Positions 42,873-57,596 of a stretch of 64,000 nucleotides of DNA are shown piece by piece. The notes under the pieces were generated by a model. The model searched no databases. It was not told the origin of the DNA and saw only the letters and a list, made by a program, of their open reading frames with translations. Numbering within the stretch: the first letter of the stretch is position 1; each line of letters begins with the position of its first letter. A program made the position numbers and the translations under genes. Where the stretch lies: positions 203,794,001-203,858,000 of the forward strand of contig OZ024740.1 of assembly GCA_964016885.1 (NCBI GenBank), read 5' to 3'. This DNA comes from Eledone cirrhosa (taxonomy: Eukaryota).

Positions 42873-43210
42873 ATGATGGCTGTGCCCTCGTTATCGAGTA
42901 TGGCCATTGCAGGATATAACATTAATAATTATAATGTAATGCCATCGTGCAATGCCTGAGCGTGAAGATTTGTTTTAAAGTGAGGAAAGACTGTGCACTG
43001 AGCCAATCCCACTCTCTGAGCGACATTAGCTATAACCCGAAAAGAAGAAAAGATCAACATCATCAGTAACTACTGAGCCGCAGGTTTTATGTCGGAGTTA
43101 TCCCAGTTTCCTCAGTTGTCTTCTAGAAGAATACCCTGATAAAGGCTAGGGTCCTTCACTCCCAGTGGTTTAACCGCGCGATCGGGTATCCAGTCCGGTT
43201 ATTTCTATTT
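42873..43210 (-). mobile_element. Diverged relative of the non-autonomous RTE-derived element; extra 3' end at about 43286-43330
   Basis: 3' hairpin CTCG-ATAA-CGAG, GAGTGGGATTGGCT motif, (ATGT)n tail. Confidence 0.65.
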
Positions 43211-43334
43211 CCCCGTGTTTATACAAACACATGCATACATGTATATACATATACACATTCATACATACATACATACATACATACATGATGATGGCTGCCC
43301 CCTCGTTATCGAGTATGGCCATTGCACAAGAAAA

Positions 43335-43365
<31 letters not shown>

Positions 43366-43384
43366 AAAAAGAAAAGAAAAAAAG

Positions 43385-43419
<35 letters not shown>

Positions 43420-43594
43420 CATACATATATACATACACACATACATACACATACACTCACACATATACACACACATATATTAATAACAATAATAATAATA
43501 ATAATAATAATAATAGCAATAATAATAATAACGACAACAACAATAATAATATACATATTCATATATATCTACACACACACGCACGCACATAAGC

Positions 43595-43654
<60 letters not shown>

Positions 43655-43660
43655 TAGCAA

Positions 43661-44670
43661 CTAACAGCGCTGCGATCGAATGTGGCTTTTTAGCCCAGCC
43701 AATGATCTAAAATGTCTTGCACAGAGTCGGCAACCAAAACATTCACTGGGAATAGTCGGCTGTGGTTGGAGTTCGTGTACTTTTGCATGTCGCTTGAGCC
43801 CTCCTGCTGATTTACATTCTCTACCACATGTTTGGCAAGCATGATGAGTAGCATCTCCAACAGCAGCCTGGTAGTCAACCACTGGTCTTACTTTATGACT
43901 GCGAAGATGACTTTCGAGTCCAGCTTTGCTTAGGCAGAGTCTCGCACAGACGCTGCATGTCAGCAGCATAGGAGGACCCTCGCCGTCTGGAAGTGCGACA
44001 GCAATGCCCTTCCTCACGTCCCGCTTTACTTTCTCGTATGCGATTCGAGATGCCTCAAAGGCAACTTTTCCCTCATATACAGTCTTTCTCCATTTATTAC
44101 GATCAGCAGCAATATTTTCCCATGTATCAGCAGAGATGTTAGCGTCTTTCAGAGAGGCTTTCAAGGAATCCTTATACCTCTTTTTTGGTTTATGTGGCGG
44201 TCGTTTTCCTTTAACCAACTCTCCATAGAAGAGTTGTTTTGGTATTCTAGAATCCTTCATCCTGGCAAGGTGACCACTCCAACGGAGTCGTTGCTTAAGC
44301 ACAAGAGCTTCTATACTGTCACACATAGAGCTTTCCAAAATCTCGACATCACTGATGTGGTCCCTCCAGTGAACGCCATGGATCCGTCTGAGACACATCT
44401 GATGGAAACGCTCCAATTGCTTAAGGTGGCGTCGATATGTGACCCAGGTCTCGCAGGCATAAAGAAGACAAGAGAGTACACATGCCCTGTACACCCTTAC
44501 CTTTGTCCTCCTGCATATGTCTCGCTGACCCCAGAGTCGCCTTTCTAGCTTTCTGAAAGCATCACTTGCTTTCCTAATCCTAATTGAGATTTCACTGTCA
44601 AGGTTGCCGTATCGATTGACAGTGCTTCCCAGGTAGACAAACTGATCAACCACTCCAAGTCGTTTGCCAT
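43661..44670 (-). mobile_element. 5'-truncated RTE-clade LINE, uninterrupted ORF: RT thumb + three C2H2 zinc fingers
   Basis: FVYLGS, TKVRVY..LLYACETW, RLRWSGH..RM..RIPKQLFYGEL; CSVC..HLRSH, CQTC..HAKVH, CRLC..HIRS. Confidence 0.92.
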
Positions 44671-44745
44671 ACACATACATACATACATACATACATACAT
44701 ACATACATACATACATACATACATACATACATACATACATACATG

Positions 44746-45305
44746 CATGGTGGCTGCCAACTCGTTTTCGAGTACGGCCACTACTTTATATCCATGTATG
44801 AGAACCCCTACCGATGCGCTGAACAAGTGTGACTTTTTAGTCCAGCCAGCGACTTGAAAACTCTGGTACAAACACTACACCTGTGACAATTATTGACACA
44901 TAGTGCTGGGCCCATGGTACCATGTGACGACAAGTGCAGAGAGATCTCCAGATATAAAGCAATGCCTGTGCCGTGAAGCTTTTATAGTGAGCAAAGGCAC
45001 TGCACAAAGCCAGTCCCACTCTCTTAACCAAGATGATATTTCCCAAAAAGAAGAACAAGTCAACATCATTGGATACCATCAGGGTTGCAGGTGTTATATC
45101 AGAGTTTTCCTTCTCCTAGAATTCTGCCTTGACAAAGGCTAAGGGGTCATCTCTCCCGGTGATTTTGGATGGCCATTGATTCTTAAGAGCTCCTTTGCCC
45201 TTTGACAGGTTTTGTTTTTAGTCCTGCAGGATGTCCAAAGTCACCCTCCTCACCAAGAAACGTTGGTGGGGTTGCCAGTTTAGTCGCCAACGACTCGACC
45301 ATGAG
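44746..45305 (-). mobile_element. Non-autonomous RTE-derived element
   Basis: Near-identical to 25364-25925. Confidence 0.85.
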
Positions 45306-45324
45306 ACATACATACATGCATACA

Positions 45325-45357
<33 letters not shown>

Positions 45358-45479
45358 TCATGCCTACGCATACACACATACATACATACACACATACACA
45401 TACATACATACACACATACACACATACATACATACATACATACACACATACATACATACATACATACATACATACATAC

Positions 45480-45812
45480 ATGGTGGCTGCCAACTCGTTT
45501 TAGTCCAGCCAGCGACTTGAAACTCTGGTACAAACACTACACTTGTGACAATTATTAACACATAGTGCTGGGCCCATGGTACCATGTGATGACAAGTGCA
45601 GAGAGATCTCCAGATATAAAGCAATGCCTGTGCCGTGAAGCTTTTATAGTGAGAAAAGGCACTGCACAAAGCCAGTCCCACTCTCTTAACCAAGATGATA
45701 TTTCCCAAAAAGAAGAACAAGTCAACATCATTGGATACCATCAGGGTTGCAGGTGTTATATCAGAGTTTTCCTTCTCCTAGAATTCTGCCTTGACAAAGG
45801 CTAAGGGGTCAT
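45480..45812 (-). mobile_element. Non-autonomous RTE-derived element, truncated and internally deleted
   Basis: Same family; about 70-bp deletion between two TTTT tracts near the 3' end. Confidence 0.85.
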
Positions 45813-46112
45813 ACATACATACATACATACATACATACATACATACATACATACATACATACATACATACATACATACATACATACATACAGTCAATTTA
45901 ATGCTGATAATATTTCGTTAGAAGATTTGTCATCATTGTGAATGTTTTCTTTCATTTTTATTATTTTTAAATGTGTGTCCAGCCCCACAGGTATGTTTAC
46001 AAAGTATTATATGTGTGATCTAATTCACTAAGTCCCGACATAAATTACTGACCTTGCGCCTAAATTAGAAATCATTATTATTATTTTTATATTAGTATTT
46101 TTTCATACCCCA

Positions 46113-46297
46113 GGGTGGTGGATTGGTAGAGTATTGGACGGCATGCTTTGTTCAAATCCCGCCGAGGTTAGCGTCGCCTTTCATCCTTACGGGGTCGATA
46201 AAATAAAGTACCAGTAATACACTGGATCGATTTAATCGACTTTCCCCTACCCCCCAAATTGCTGGCCTTGTGCCTATAGTAGAAACAATTATTATTA
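46113..46297 (+). mobile_element. tRNA-derived SINE, family A
   Basis: GCCTTTCATCCTTACGGGGTCGATAAAATAAAGTACC. Confidence 0.8.
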
Positions 46298-46682
46298 TTA
46301 TTGGCGAAGTATTTTTTACATGGCCTGTAACATTTCTTTCATATAAATACTAAATGTGAACCGAGACTATTATATAATCGATTAACGATGCAAAAAGAAA
46401 AACAAATATTATTAAATTAGACGCCATAGTTGAATCGATTCTAACCCGCTCTACACCCAGATGGAGTAAGTAGAAGTTCTGCTAGAGTGGATTTTAGTGA
46501 ATTAATTCATTATATTTTATTCATATCAAAGCCACCACTCTTCAAATGATATAGCCATTATTTTAGAAGCATTTTTTTCCCAAGGACACTCATTCCAGCT
46601 GCTGTTCTTAATGTAATAATTATTAGGAGTTCTCTTTGGGCTCATGGGGTACAGTTATTTAATACTATGAGTGTCGTGAATG

Positions 46683-47160
46683 TGTGTGGCTTAGTGGTTA
46701 GGGTGTTCGGATCATGATCGACTTCTGGGGCGTGTTGTGTTCTCAAGCAAGACACTTTATTTCACGTTGCTTCCACCAAGCCGGAAAAAAATAAGTTGCA
46801 CTTGTGAGTGAAAAAGTCAGCCTTGTCACACACTATGCCACGTTGAATCTTCCTGAGGACTACATTAAGAGTACATATGTCTGTGGAATGCTCAGCCACT
46901 TGCACGTTCATTTTACAAGCAGGCTCTTCCGTTGATCAAACAACTGAAACACTCATCGTCGGAACCGACGGTTGTCCAACACTACGACCGCGGTTTGTTT
47001 GAGACGTTTGTAAAATGGCGAGTTGGCAGAATCATTAGAACAGTGAATAAAATGTTTCGCAGTATCCGGTCGGTCTCTCTACGCTCTTAGTTCAATTCCA
47101 GCCGAGGTTAATTTTGCCTTTCATCCTTTTGATAAATAAAATTCCAACAAGGTACTGGGC
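46683..47160 (+). mobile_element. Adjacent SINEs: family B (46683-46985) and family A (47016-47160)
   Basis: TGGCTTAGTGGTTA A-box; homology to the other copies. Confidence 0.75.
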
Positions 47161-47901
47161 CCGACTTGTTCTCTTTTCGCTTTCTCTTCTCCCTCTCTCT
47201 TCGGGAAGAAATCAGTTCCTGGATCTATAACGGCTATTTTATGGTTGATGTTAAGCCAACATTCTTTTTCTCGTCATCTTGCCTTTGTTATATAATACAA
47301 CGCAACAAGTAAAATCACTTAACTTTTAACTCTACAAAATACATCAGTTGTAATCAGACCTGGAGAATGATGGGCTCTGCTAGGTTTAAATGTCAAGACG
47401 GTAACCCTAAGATTCTAGTTCAGAGTTCATGGATACATAGATATACTACGGCTGTGATTTATTTGAGATGTAAGACCTGTCAACTCTCCCCCGTCCGATG
47501 GGGAGATCTCCCACCCACTTTGGGGTCGGTATGAGATGTCTTCTCTTGTGAAAATGGGTATAGCTTTCATTATGTAAAATCTCCATATTTTGCCTCATTT
47601 CTCCCCGTTTTAGGGCACTTTTTTTCACGATACCCCCATTTGGGGTTTTAGAACTTGGCAGGTCTGAGGTGGGTGTTATAAAGCTAAGGCACTGGATTAA
47701 TAGACAGAGCACCGGGATAAAAACTTTGTAGTATTTAGTTTTGAATTCAATTCCCGCTCTCAACAGAGTCGATAAGATAAATGACAACTGCGGATCGATC
47801 TAATCGTCTGTAAACCACACCGACTAAATATATTTTACCTTTGATAGAAATCAGAACGATTGAATGAAATAGATACATGTGAGCCTGCATATATACATAC
47901 A

Positions 47902-47956
<55 letters not shown>

Positions 47957-48064
47957 TCTCTCTCTCTATATATATATGTATATATATATAGGTATATATA
48001 TATATATATTTATTAAAATAACAGATTAAAGTTTAAGCAAAGAATCACTGCTTTCACCCTTAAC

Positions 48065-48111
<47 letters not shown>

Positions 48112-48164
48112 CATATATATACATATATATATACATATATATATATAGATATATATATATATAT

Positions 48165-49082
48165 GATAGCAATGATAGCAATAAATACCAGAGTGTAATG
48201 TTCATCGATACAACCCCTAGAGGTGAATTAGCTTACAAATTTAGAAGGGCCCTAGATAAACATAAACTCAATATTAAGATAGTAGAAAGACCAGGTACCT
48301 CCATAAAAACACTTATTAGCAAGACATACCCTTTTCAAAGACCCCCTGTATAGATAAGAAATGTATAACCTGTAAATTAAGCCCCCACATTAACTGTAAA
48401 ACTAGAAATGTAGTATATAGCATAAGATGTACTGAAAGACAATGTAGAGACAAAAATATAGTGAACATAGGTGAGACAGCTCGTAGTGTAGGGGAACGGA
48501 TAAATGAACACTGGCGAGACCTTCAAGATAGTAAAGAATCATCTGTACTCTACCAACATGCTAAAATAGAACATAAGGGTAAATTAGAGAACATAGAAAT
48601 AAAAATAGAATCTACACACAGAAAAGACGCAATGTTTAGACAAATCACAGAGGCAATAAACATAAATGAACTCCAACCAAAATTAAATAGAAAATATGAG
48701 TGGAACAGCAACATCACAACTTACAATTAAGGACAAAATGAAAACACACACACACATAGAACAAACAACCAACCTGTAACATGTAAATAAACAAATAAAT
48801 AAACGAATATAAACACACACAGACACCCGGATGTGGCGCATGCGCAGACTGAGCACACAACACACACAGAAACAAGATGGCGTAGGACAGAACAAAGGAG
48901 AGGCACAAAAACAAAGAAAAGAATCCCCAGTCACTGAAGAGGTCACAGAATGTGTGACGAAAGAACCAACCAACCAACCGGAAATTTATAAATTCCTAAA
49001 TTTATAAATTTATTATCATAAATTGAAGTGAAAGCATCTGGTGCGTGTGTTTTTTATTGGCAACATGACCCTCCCAAAGTAT

Positions 49083-49090
<8 letters not shown>
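48165..49090 (+). mobile_element. 3' fragment of a Penelope-like element (GIY-YIG + 3' UTR with hammerhead-like core)
   Basis: C..C..NCKTRNVVYSIRC..C..NIGETARSVGERINEH..RQITEA..I..QPKLN; CTGAAGA-GGTCACA..TGTGAC-GAAA at 48934-48962. Confidence 0.85.
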
Positions 49091-49141
<51 letters not shown>

Positions 49142-49144
<3 letters not shown>

Positions 49145-49427
49145 AAATGAAAATCCGAAGTCAAGGTAAAATTCCAATCATTTAATCACGACACGTGTTT
49201 CAATAAGAGATAGATCGATTGTGATGAAACCATGATCGATTATCACTGATCTCATCAGGTGAAAATGAATTGGATGTGTGTTTACCCAGACATACCCCTT
49301 TTTTGGACGATTCGGATGTGTATATACCATAACATACACTTGAAGATATGGATGTTACAATTCAATCTATACACGTATAGCAGAACACTGAACTGAACTG
49401 AACTTACTTGCGTGTGCGTGTGCGTGA

Positions 49428-49470
<43 letters not shown>

Positions 49471-50248
49471 GGGCGTTGGTTAACCCAATATTTCCAATTT
49501 ACATCGTCAAATTGAGATTTGACCAGTATAGCATCTGTTGTTTTGTGAACTAACTTTCGGTGAATGCTGTGTTGGTACATTCTTATATTTGTTTCCTTAT
49601 ATTTGTTTTTTTCTCTGACATCGCTTCAGTGTGTGTGAGAGTGTGTGTGTACCCACCCACACTAACTGTGACCTTGTATAATTCTACAGGTTTGATACTG
49701 TGTGGATGTGTGTATATATATGTATACATTTTTCTTTGACTTCGAGCCGGTGGGTGTGGAGTGTGTGTGTACCCACTCACTTTTAACTGTGACCGACTAT
49801 ATCCCTACAGATTTGATTGATGTCCAGCGTCTTTTGCAGCGATAGAGATCCGACAACTTTTATGACCTCAACTGAAGTTAATAGCAGTCGCCGTGTCTCT
49901 GGCTGGTGTGTCTTCATATGAGGGAATGAATTCTGTGAGAGAACATCGTTATTTTTTTCTCCCTCATGTCAAGAATTTGAAGACAATTCATTTTCACTTG
50001 ATGAGATCAGTGATAATCGATCATGGCTTCACAATCGATCTATCTCTTATTGAAACATGTGTCGTGATTAAATGATTGGAATTTTACCTTGCCTTCGGAT
50101 TTTCATTTTGATACTTATACTCCGTTTTAAATCATCTAGCTGTTCCCTTGAATGGAATTGGAGATATACAAAAGCGTGGAGAACTTAATATTGCTAACAA
50201 AGTTATTGGATCAATTTACACAACCAATAATGCACCTTACTATATAAC

Positions 50249-50265
<17 letters not shown>
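49142..50265. mobile_element. Non-coding element with about 130-bp inverted repeats, each carrying a hammerhead
   Basis: 49141-49272 is reverse-complementary to 49984-50113. Confidence 0.75.
49186..49262 (-). ncRNA. Type-I hammerhead ribozyme (the plus-strand copy at 49994-50067 has TTGATGA)
   Basis: TCAC-CTGATGA-GAT..ATCGAT..ATCGAT..ATT-GAAACACGTGTC-GTGA. Confidence 0.82.
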
Positions 50266-50287
<22 letters not shown>

Positions 50288-51552
50288 GAGAAGAAAGAAG
50301 AATACTGCGTGGTTGCACATGGGTTACATATGATAAAATTAGTCCTTCGTCAGTGATATATATATATATATATAATATTATATTATGTTGTATAGAATGG
50401 TCTCTTGCATAGTTTAGTTTACTAAATTTTGTTTACAAGTTACGATTCAAAATAATGTTTTCCTCTTCTTAAACTTTAAGAGATTTTTCTTTCGTTCATT
50501 CTAATATCAATATGAAACACACACACACACACACACACACGCGCACAAAACATACACTCACAAACACACACAAAACATACACACACAAAAAACACACGTA
50601 CACACATAAACACACGCAAAACACACACACACACACACAACATACACAAAACACAATCACACACGCACAAAACATACACATAAACACATACACGAAACCA
50701 AATAAAAATAAAATTAATTTGAAATTCTATGATAATTTGTTTTCAGTTAATTAATAAGACATTGTGAAATCAAATAAGATACACCTGAAAGAAAAAAAAG
50801 CCATAAATTAAACATCATTTCTTTGTCATTCTAACACTACTTTAATAAAAATCACTTGTGAATGGGCTTTCTTTTTTCCTGGCCAAAATAATAGAAATAG
50901 TTGATAAAATCAAAAGACAAGAACATTGCAAAGAAAATGAATTTCCTGGATTTGCTGGAATTTCCTCTTACATCTAATTTTATCAAAGATCTCACTGGCA
51001 CAATATTCGAAAATTCAAAATTTGATGTAAAAAAAAAAAAAGGTGGTGTGGTGGTGGTGGTGGTGGTGGTGGTGGTGGTGGTGTCCTGTCTTTATAATTT
51101 CCGACCATCAGAAACATAGAAGCCATAACAAATGACACGTAGCCCAGTGGTTAATGTGTTGGACTGACGATTATAAGGTTATAGGTTCGAGTCCTAGATC
51201 AGGCGGTGCTTTGTCTTCTTGAGCAAGACACTTCATTCACGTTGCTTTTTATGACAGGTCTAGGGAGAACATCTCCCCCCCTCCCACTACACCGATGAGA
51301 TACAACCTTGCAGGATGCCAGCTAAACCTGCATAGGTGAGAGCTGTAAATTATATTTTTCGTTCCATACGAAGGATCACAACGCTACGTAGTATCAAAAA
51401 ATAACTCTGCTAGGAACAACCCGCTTCCTGCGCAAGACATTATCGATTTAATAGAACAACTTCCACACACAACACACAGCCGATATGATAACCACCTAAT
51501 ATAATAAAACAACAAAACATATATTCTACAAGATTAATGCCAAATAAAATAA

Positions 51553-51930
51553 TGTTTTCTGATTTAGGCACAAGGCCAACACATTTTGGGGAGGGGAAGT
51601 CTATTAAATCGACCCCGATGCTTTAGTAGTACTTCTTTTCTTATCGATTCCGTAAAGATGAAAGGCAAAGTAAACCACGGCAGGATTTGAACTCAAAATG
51701 TAAAGAGCCATAACTCTATGCCACAAAACATGTTGTCAACAACTTTGTGGGAAAGGAAAAGTCAATTAAATCGACTCCAGTGCATTACTGGTACTCTATC
51801 TTATCGATCCCGAAAGGATGAAAGGCAAAGCTAACCGCGGTGGGATTTGAACTCAGAACGTAAAGGGACATAACTATATGCCAGAAAGTATGTTGTCCGA
51901 TGCTCTACCGATACTGCCAATCCACCGTCC
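51553..51930 (-). mobile_element. Two tandem family-A SINEs
   Basis: GATGAAAGGCAAAG..GGATTTGAACTC occurs twice. Confidence 0.8.
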
Positions 51931-53364
51931 TGATACCAAACACCAAATTAAATACGCAAACCATACATAACGGAAGAAATACTAAAATAACATTAGAAAC
52001 AATCAAAACCCCATAACAGAACAAGACTAAGTTGATGAGAGTCCCACTCCTGCTAGGGTCCCTTTCTCTATGATGTATTGCACGTGGATGGATCTGTTCA
52101 GGCTGGTGTATGTCTGCGCCTCTCCAATCAGATCAATAACGATCTGTTAGCAGAATTATACCCTGAATATTGTCAATGTGTTCCTCCTTGTTCGGATCCT
52201 TTCTCACCAGCTTTACCAGTCCTCGGCTCACAGAACAAGGGATTCTCTCGCTCTATTGTCAGTTCCGCTTGGGAATTGTGTTAAGGGTTCACGTGACACA
52301 CGTCTGTGGAATACTCAACCACTTATTGTTCATTCATATGTTAGACGTTCAGCTAATCGTACATTCGAATGCTCAACCTCAAAATCGTCGAAAGATTCAT
52401 CCATAATTATTAAATAGTGACATGGACAACAATCATTATTTGCTTCCAAGCCCCGCTCTCTTGACTTTACCCGATCACTGTCTCATTCATTCCTTCCTCG
52501 TGCATAACGTACACAGATTCACTATGAATATAAACTGTTCCTGTTTCTTGTCAAATGGCATGTTCAAGATTAGCATTGGTATTTCTTTACTGTTTAGTGA
52601 GGGACGGAAGAGCAATGTATATAAATCTTTTCAGGGTTTCTGTGACTGTGAGGGCGGGAGAGAGAGGTATCGTCAAACTGGAGACCTGGTCCGAATGCAT
52701 GCAACAGAAGGAACTCCATTAAAGACACCCAATTGAATGACTGGTTAAATCTACCCCTCCCCATATGTTTGTAAAAGCCCACTTTAGCCTACATACAAGC
52801 AGCTTCCCAATCACGAAATCCTGGATTCTAACTCTACATTTAATCATGTATATTATTCGTACATATATGCTGAACATTTATGTAATTCATCATTTTTATT
52901 TTAATTTTAATAAAAAAATTTGTAATCTTTGTAGAGAGAAATTATCTTTCTCAGTAAATATGTGTGTATGCAGTGGCCATTTATTATTAATATATTACTT
53001 CTTATCGAATTTATGTCTACCTATTTAGAAAAGGAATATCAATATCTGGTAGATGTCTTTAAAGTTGAAGAGTACTGCTATTAAAAACATTATAATTTCC
53101 TACGAAATAATATTTTGCTGGTGATTCTGTTGAATGCTTCACTGCTTTCTTAAATATACTCACATTTGTATATAACTGGATTGAACTGGATTATTGATGA
53201 GATTCTAAAAAAACTGATATTCATATGAAAACAATTGAAATGTAATTATTTTTGTCAGACAGAAATATTTATATGAAAGTATTTAATCATCCACTCATTT
53301 AAAAATATAAAAAGTTCTTTATTGCTTTGCTTTATATTGAATATTTGCTATTTTACTATCCCCG

Positions 53365-53620
53365 ATGTGGGGTGGCTGTTGCAGCGGGTGTCGCTGGCTA
53401 TTGTCCGCGGGGTGCAGCCCATTTACCACCGCACTCTAGGCCCAGAACCTAATCCCTCTCCCCATTCTTCTATGGCACTAGATCCCTTGCCATTCCCTCC
53501 CTTTTCCGTTTTTTTTTTCCATTATTTTACATTCCATTCTCTCTTCTCAATCTAAATTTTCTTTTTTTCTTTTTCTATTAAATTGTATTTACATGATATA
53601 TTTTTACACAGAATAAAGAT
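53365..53620 (+). mobile_element. 3' end fragment of a CRE-like non-LTR element
   Basis: WLLQRVSLAIVRG, pyrimidine-rich UTR, AATAAA. Confidence 0.5.
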
Positions 53621-54739
53621 ATTTTCAAATGTTACTATACTGTATGTTGAAGTCACTGCCTATACTTCACAAATAGTTTTGAAAATTTAACGACTCAATA
53701 ACACTAAACAAAATTGATGATAGTATGAACCAGTGTGAGTGTGTGTCTGTGAAACATACATATACACCAGGTCGGAACACAGAGGAACCAAACACCCACT
53801 GTCACTGCCTCCGTCTCTCCCATTCTCCCCACCTCTCACTATTATGAGCAATTAGGGGCCTACGCGCTGACCGCCCTGCGGTCCCGGCGGACAAAATAGA
53901 GAAGGCGTTTCTCCGGATGATGGTGAGAGAGACCATTCTTTGACATCGATTTTTCCCTAATTTCTTTTTTGCCTTTACTTTAGGAAAACATAACTGTTAA
54001 TAAAAAAAAAACATGGGTAAATATCCAGCAACCATCTCTTCCCCTCTATTATCAGTGGTCTCTCTCTGATACATATTTTTTTCATTCTAGTGCGCATGTC
54101 TTTTTCTTTCTATATATTTCCAATAACGTTAGAATTAAAGTTAAATCCAAATATGGATTTTCCTATCACATACATACAATCGTATCTAAATGTCAGGCAT
54201 TGTAGAGTGTACAGTCCAAAATTAGATTTAAAAGACAAAAAAGAAAGATTTAAAACTATTTAGAATACTTGCAATTGTTAATTTTCCAGTCGGTGAATAT
54301 GTAATTTACAGAAAGGAAGGAAACTTTGAACTCTCGTGTAATATGACTTATTATGTGGATTTTCTTATAGAAATGTAGTTACTAGAATAAAGAGTAAAGC
54401 GAAGAGTTTAGATAGGAGAATAAAAATTGTCCTTATCTTACATCTCAGCAAGTTATGGTCTTTCATTTAAAGTTAAGTTCTTCCCCGGGTAAATCTATTT
54501 AGGTTTTGTTTTCATTAATAATGTATTTAAATAACTATTAGTCAATAAGCAATTACGATATAGGGCAGATAGTAGCGTTATACTACTGGGATTATAAAAG
54601 ACTATATAGTAGAAATAATACAAATTTACTGAAAAAAAAACTGGCTCTGCGCACGTTTTGTGTCACTGTATATTCATTTTCTAACCTATCAACCCTACAT
54701 TTCAGGACACGATAGATACAACGCCTGAGAAGACAAGAC

Positions 54740-55110
54740 TCCAATGGGAGCTCCAGCGCGGAATTATCTTTGTGAAACACTATGAAATATTATAAATGGG
54801 TGTGGCTCGTATAAGCAGGTCCAGGAGCAATTTCATGTAATTTTTGGAACGGACAAATCTCCCTTCACAGCCAATATACAAAACTGGGTCAAGAAGTTTG
54901 AGACCTATAGAACAGTGAAGAACCTCAATACAATGTCAGAGGACCATCCTATCAACTCTGGGCGATCCAGGGAGTTATTAACATGGCTAGAGAATCTCTT
55001 GAACAGAGCTCAAATTGATTTATAAGATAAGGTGGCGGGGGCCTTTAAATACCAAGGTCTACCATACAGAGGAGCTGTTAAAGACTTCGCCTTTCATTTG
55101 ATGAAAATCA
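54740..55110 (+). pseudogene. Decayed Tc1/mariner-type transposase N-terminal (HTH) fragment
   Basis: FHVIFGTDKSPFTANIQNWVKKFETYRTV..SGRSR resembles F..F....P....I..WV.KF...G.V..GRPR. Confidence 0.55.
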
Positions 55111-57089
55111 AGTAAACTGAGAAGAAAAATTGAGTACCGACTTACATTCAACAATATTATAAATTATTCAAAGTAGAAAGAGAAAGTCTGAAAGGTTGGG
55201 TGAAGCAGAGAGAGAAAGAGAGAGAGTGTGTGTGTGTGTGTGTGAGGGAGAGAGAGAGGAGGAGTGCCCTATTCATTAGCAACACATATATACATATATT
55301 TTTACACTCATTTTATTAAGGTTAAATTGTGAGTCTTGTTACCCAGGAGCTTCACCAGCTTCTCACGAGGCGCGGGAAGACTCACTATTTAGCCTTAATA
55401 AAATGAATATTTAAACTCTACTTCGGTATTGAATACTCTTTTCTCTCGGTTATCAACTAAACACGGACATTTTTTTAACGTTTTTTTCCTTCTTTTACTC
55501 TTCGATTATTCCTTTTCCTCATCACCTCTCCACGTGTTGCTATGGCAATGACCTTGACATTCCATTCGTGTGGTCAAGGGGGAAATAGAAAGGTTTGGGT
55601 GAAGAAACACCGGCGGGTGTGTGTGTAAAAGAAAACAGGTCTGTCATCAGTAGTATTAGTGATGAAAGGTTGAGCAAAGTCACAAGGTTTCAAAATGTAA
55701 CCATCATATTAGAAATTGATTAATTTTTCTCTTAATAACAGCATATTTCGTGGTTACGGCACTAGTCAATTCTGAGTTTTTAAGAGTCATTAAAAAAAGT
55801 TTTGAAAGTGGAAACTATTATTTCTACTAGAGACCGCATAAATACTATGCAGAGTACCCTGTAGCAAAATGGAACAGTAATCAGTTTTTGTTACTGTACA
55901 AAACAACGGCAGACAGGCCAACCTCTAAAATCCCAAACGGAGAGTACCATGCAAAAAAGTGCCCCCAAACGATGAGAAATGAGGTAAAAAGGGAAGATTT
56001 TACATAATGAAAGTTATACCCATTTTCACAAGAGAAGACAAGTGTGTGGCAGATCTCCCTGTCGGAGGGGAGAGTTGACAGGTTTGCAACGGCTCTCTTC
56101 TTTTTTTTTTGGCATTGACATATTCAACATTTCAGTGCAAATCCTGTGCAAATTCAGTGCAAATTCAGTGCAAATCCTGCCAAATGACCAAACACAGCAC
56201 GGGGTCATCCTTATCTATAAAAGGTAAAGCAAACAGCAGTTGTTCTCTTATTTGGCGGCAGATCTTGATAGCAACAGAGTTGGCTGTATCCAATTCAACC
56301 GCTGCTATCCCCTCACCCTCAGGTCAGTTGACTACGAAAGCCTGTCATGTCTATTTCTTATTTTCTCTAAACACTTCGCTCACATCATTCGCCTATCTAC
56401 CACTCTTATATGTCTCAACTCACGCCATCACAAACACAATTTATCTGTTCATTTTTTCATTAAAATTCATCAACACACAAACATTGTGTAGTTCATAATT
56501 TTGCTTCATCGATTTGTCATGATTCTTTTATTGTTAACCTTGTAATTTCCAGGAATTATCCAAAGATTTGAATATAGTTTCAAGTCTCAAATTTGACGAA
56601 ATAAATTACTCTATTTTAGACAAACATTGAATTCGTTTTCTCTGTTCACTCTTGTTAAACATAAATAACGCACATGGAATGAAATTTTGCTGCTGGTTTG
56701 TAAAAAATGTGCTAACCACGTGTTTTGGGGTATAACTCAATTTAGCCAAATTATAATTTAACCAAACAACAACCAAGTCTTCCCAGCAACACACCATCAA
56801 TCTCACATTATTGTCATCACCATCATGCCCGTTTTAAATACTACTACAATAAGGACAATAAGGATCACAGAACTGTGTCCAGTAATGCAGTGACAACCAC
56901 GCAGTAAAAACAAGATAAATGGCGATAATAATTGTTTCTACTTTAGGCACAAGGCCAGCAATATGAAGGGAAGGAGAAAGTCGATTTAATGATTTGTACT
57001 ATGGCCGTTATGATGATGATGTGGCTGGTGAGGCGGAATGTGGGGGTACAAGATAATACATTGTAGTTAAAATATAATCGAATATCATT

Positions 57090-57273
57090 GGTGAATTGGC
57101 AGTATCGGTAGAAGGTCGGACATGCTTTCCAGCATAGTTACGTCCCTTTACAATCTGAGTTCAAATCCCGCCAAGGTTAACTTTGCCTTTCATCCATACA
57201 GATGTCGATAAAATAAAGTACCAGTAATGTACTGGGTAATTGCTGGCCTTTTGCCAAAAAGTAGAAACAATTA
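57090..57273 (+). mobile_element. tRNA-derived SINE, family A
   Basis: Close homologue of 5688-5862. Confidence 0.82.
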
Positions 57274-57596
57274 TAAAGAATGTACCTCAGTATTTCTCTG
57301 TATATGGTCAAATATAACCAAGTTTACGATTCACTTCATTCGTAAATATTTTCCATTCTAATATTAAATTGTTTGACTGGCTGCTTTAAGGTTTTCTTTG
57401 AAGTCTTTCATCTGATTTTAAGTGCTCTAAGTCCAGTTTTTCTCTAAATTTAAACTAAATTTGTTTTCATTTTAGAAAAATTAATACGAAAACAATGACA
57501 TTTCGATAATACATTAGACATTTCGATAATCCATTAGTACATTTCGATAATACATTAGTACAAAACGAAGCTAAGATGCACTGCCTTGAATATATA

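Noticed and set aside
55850-56640. Possible decayed DNA-transposase or exon sequence
   Set aside because: No frame gives a motif I can identify with confidence.
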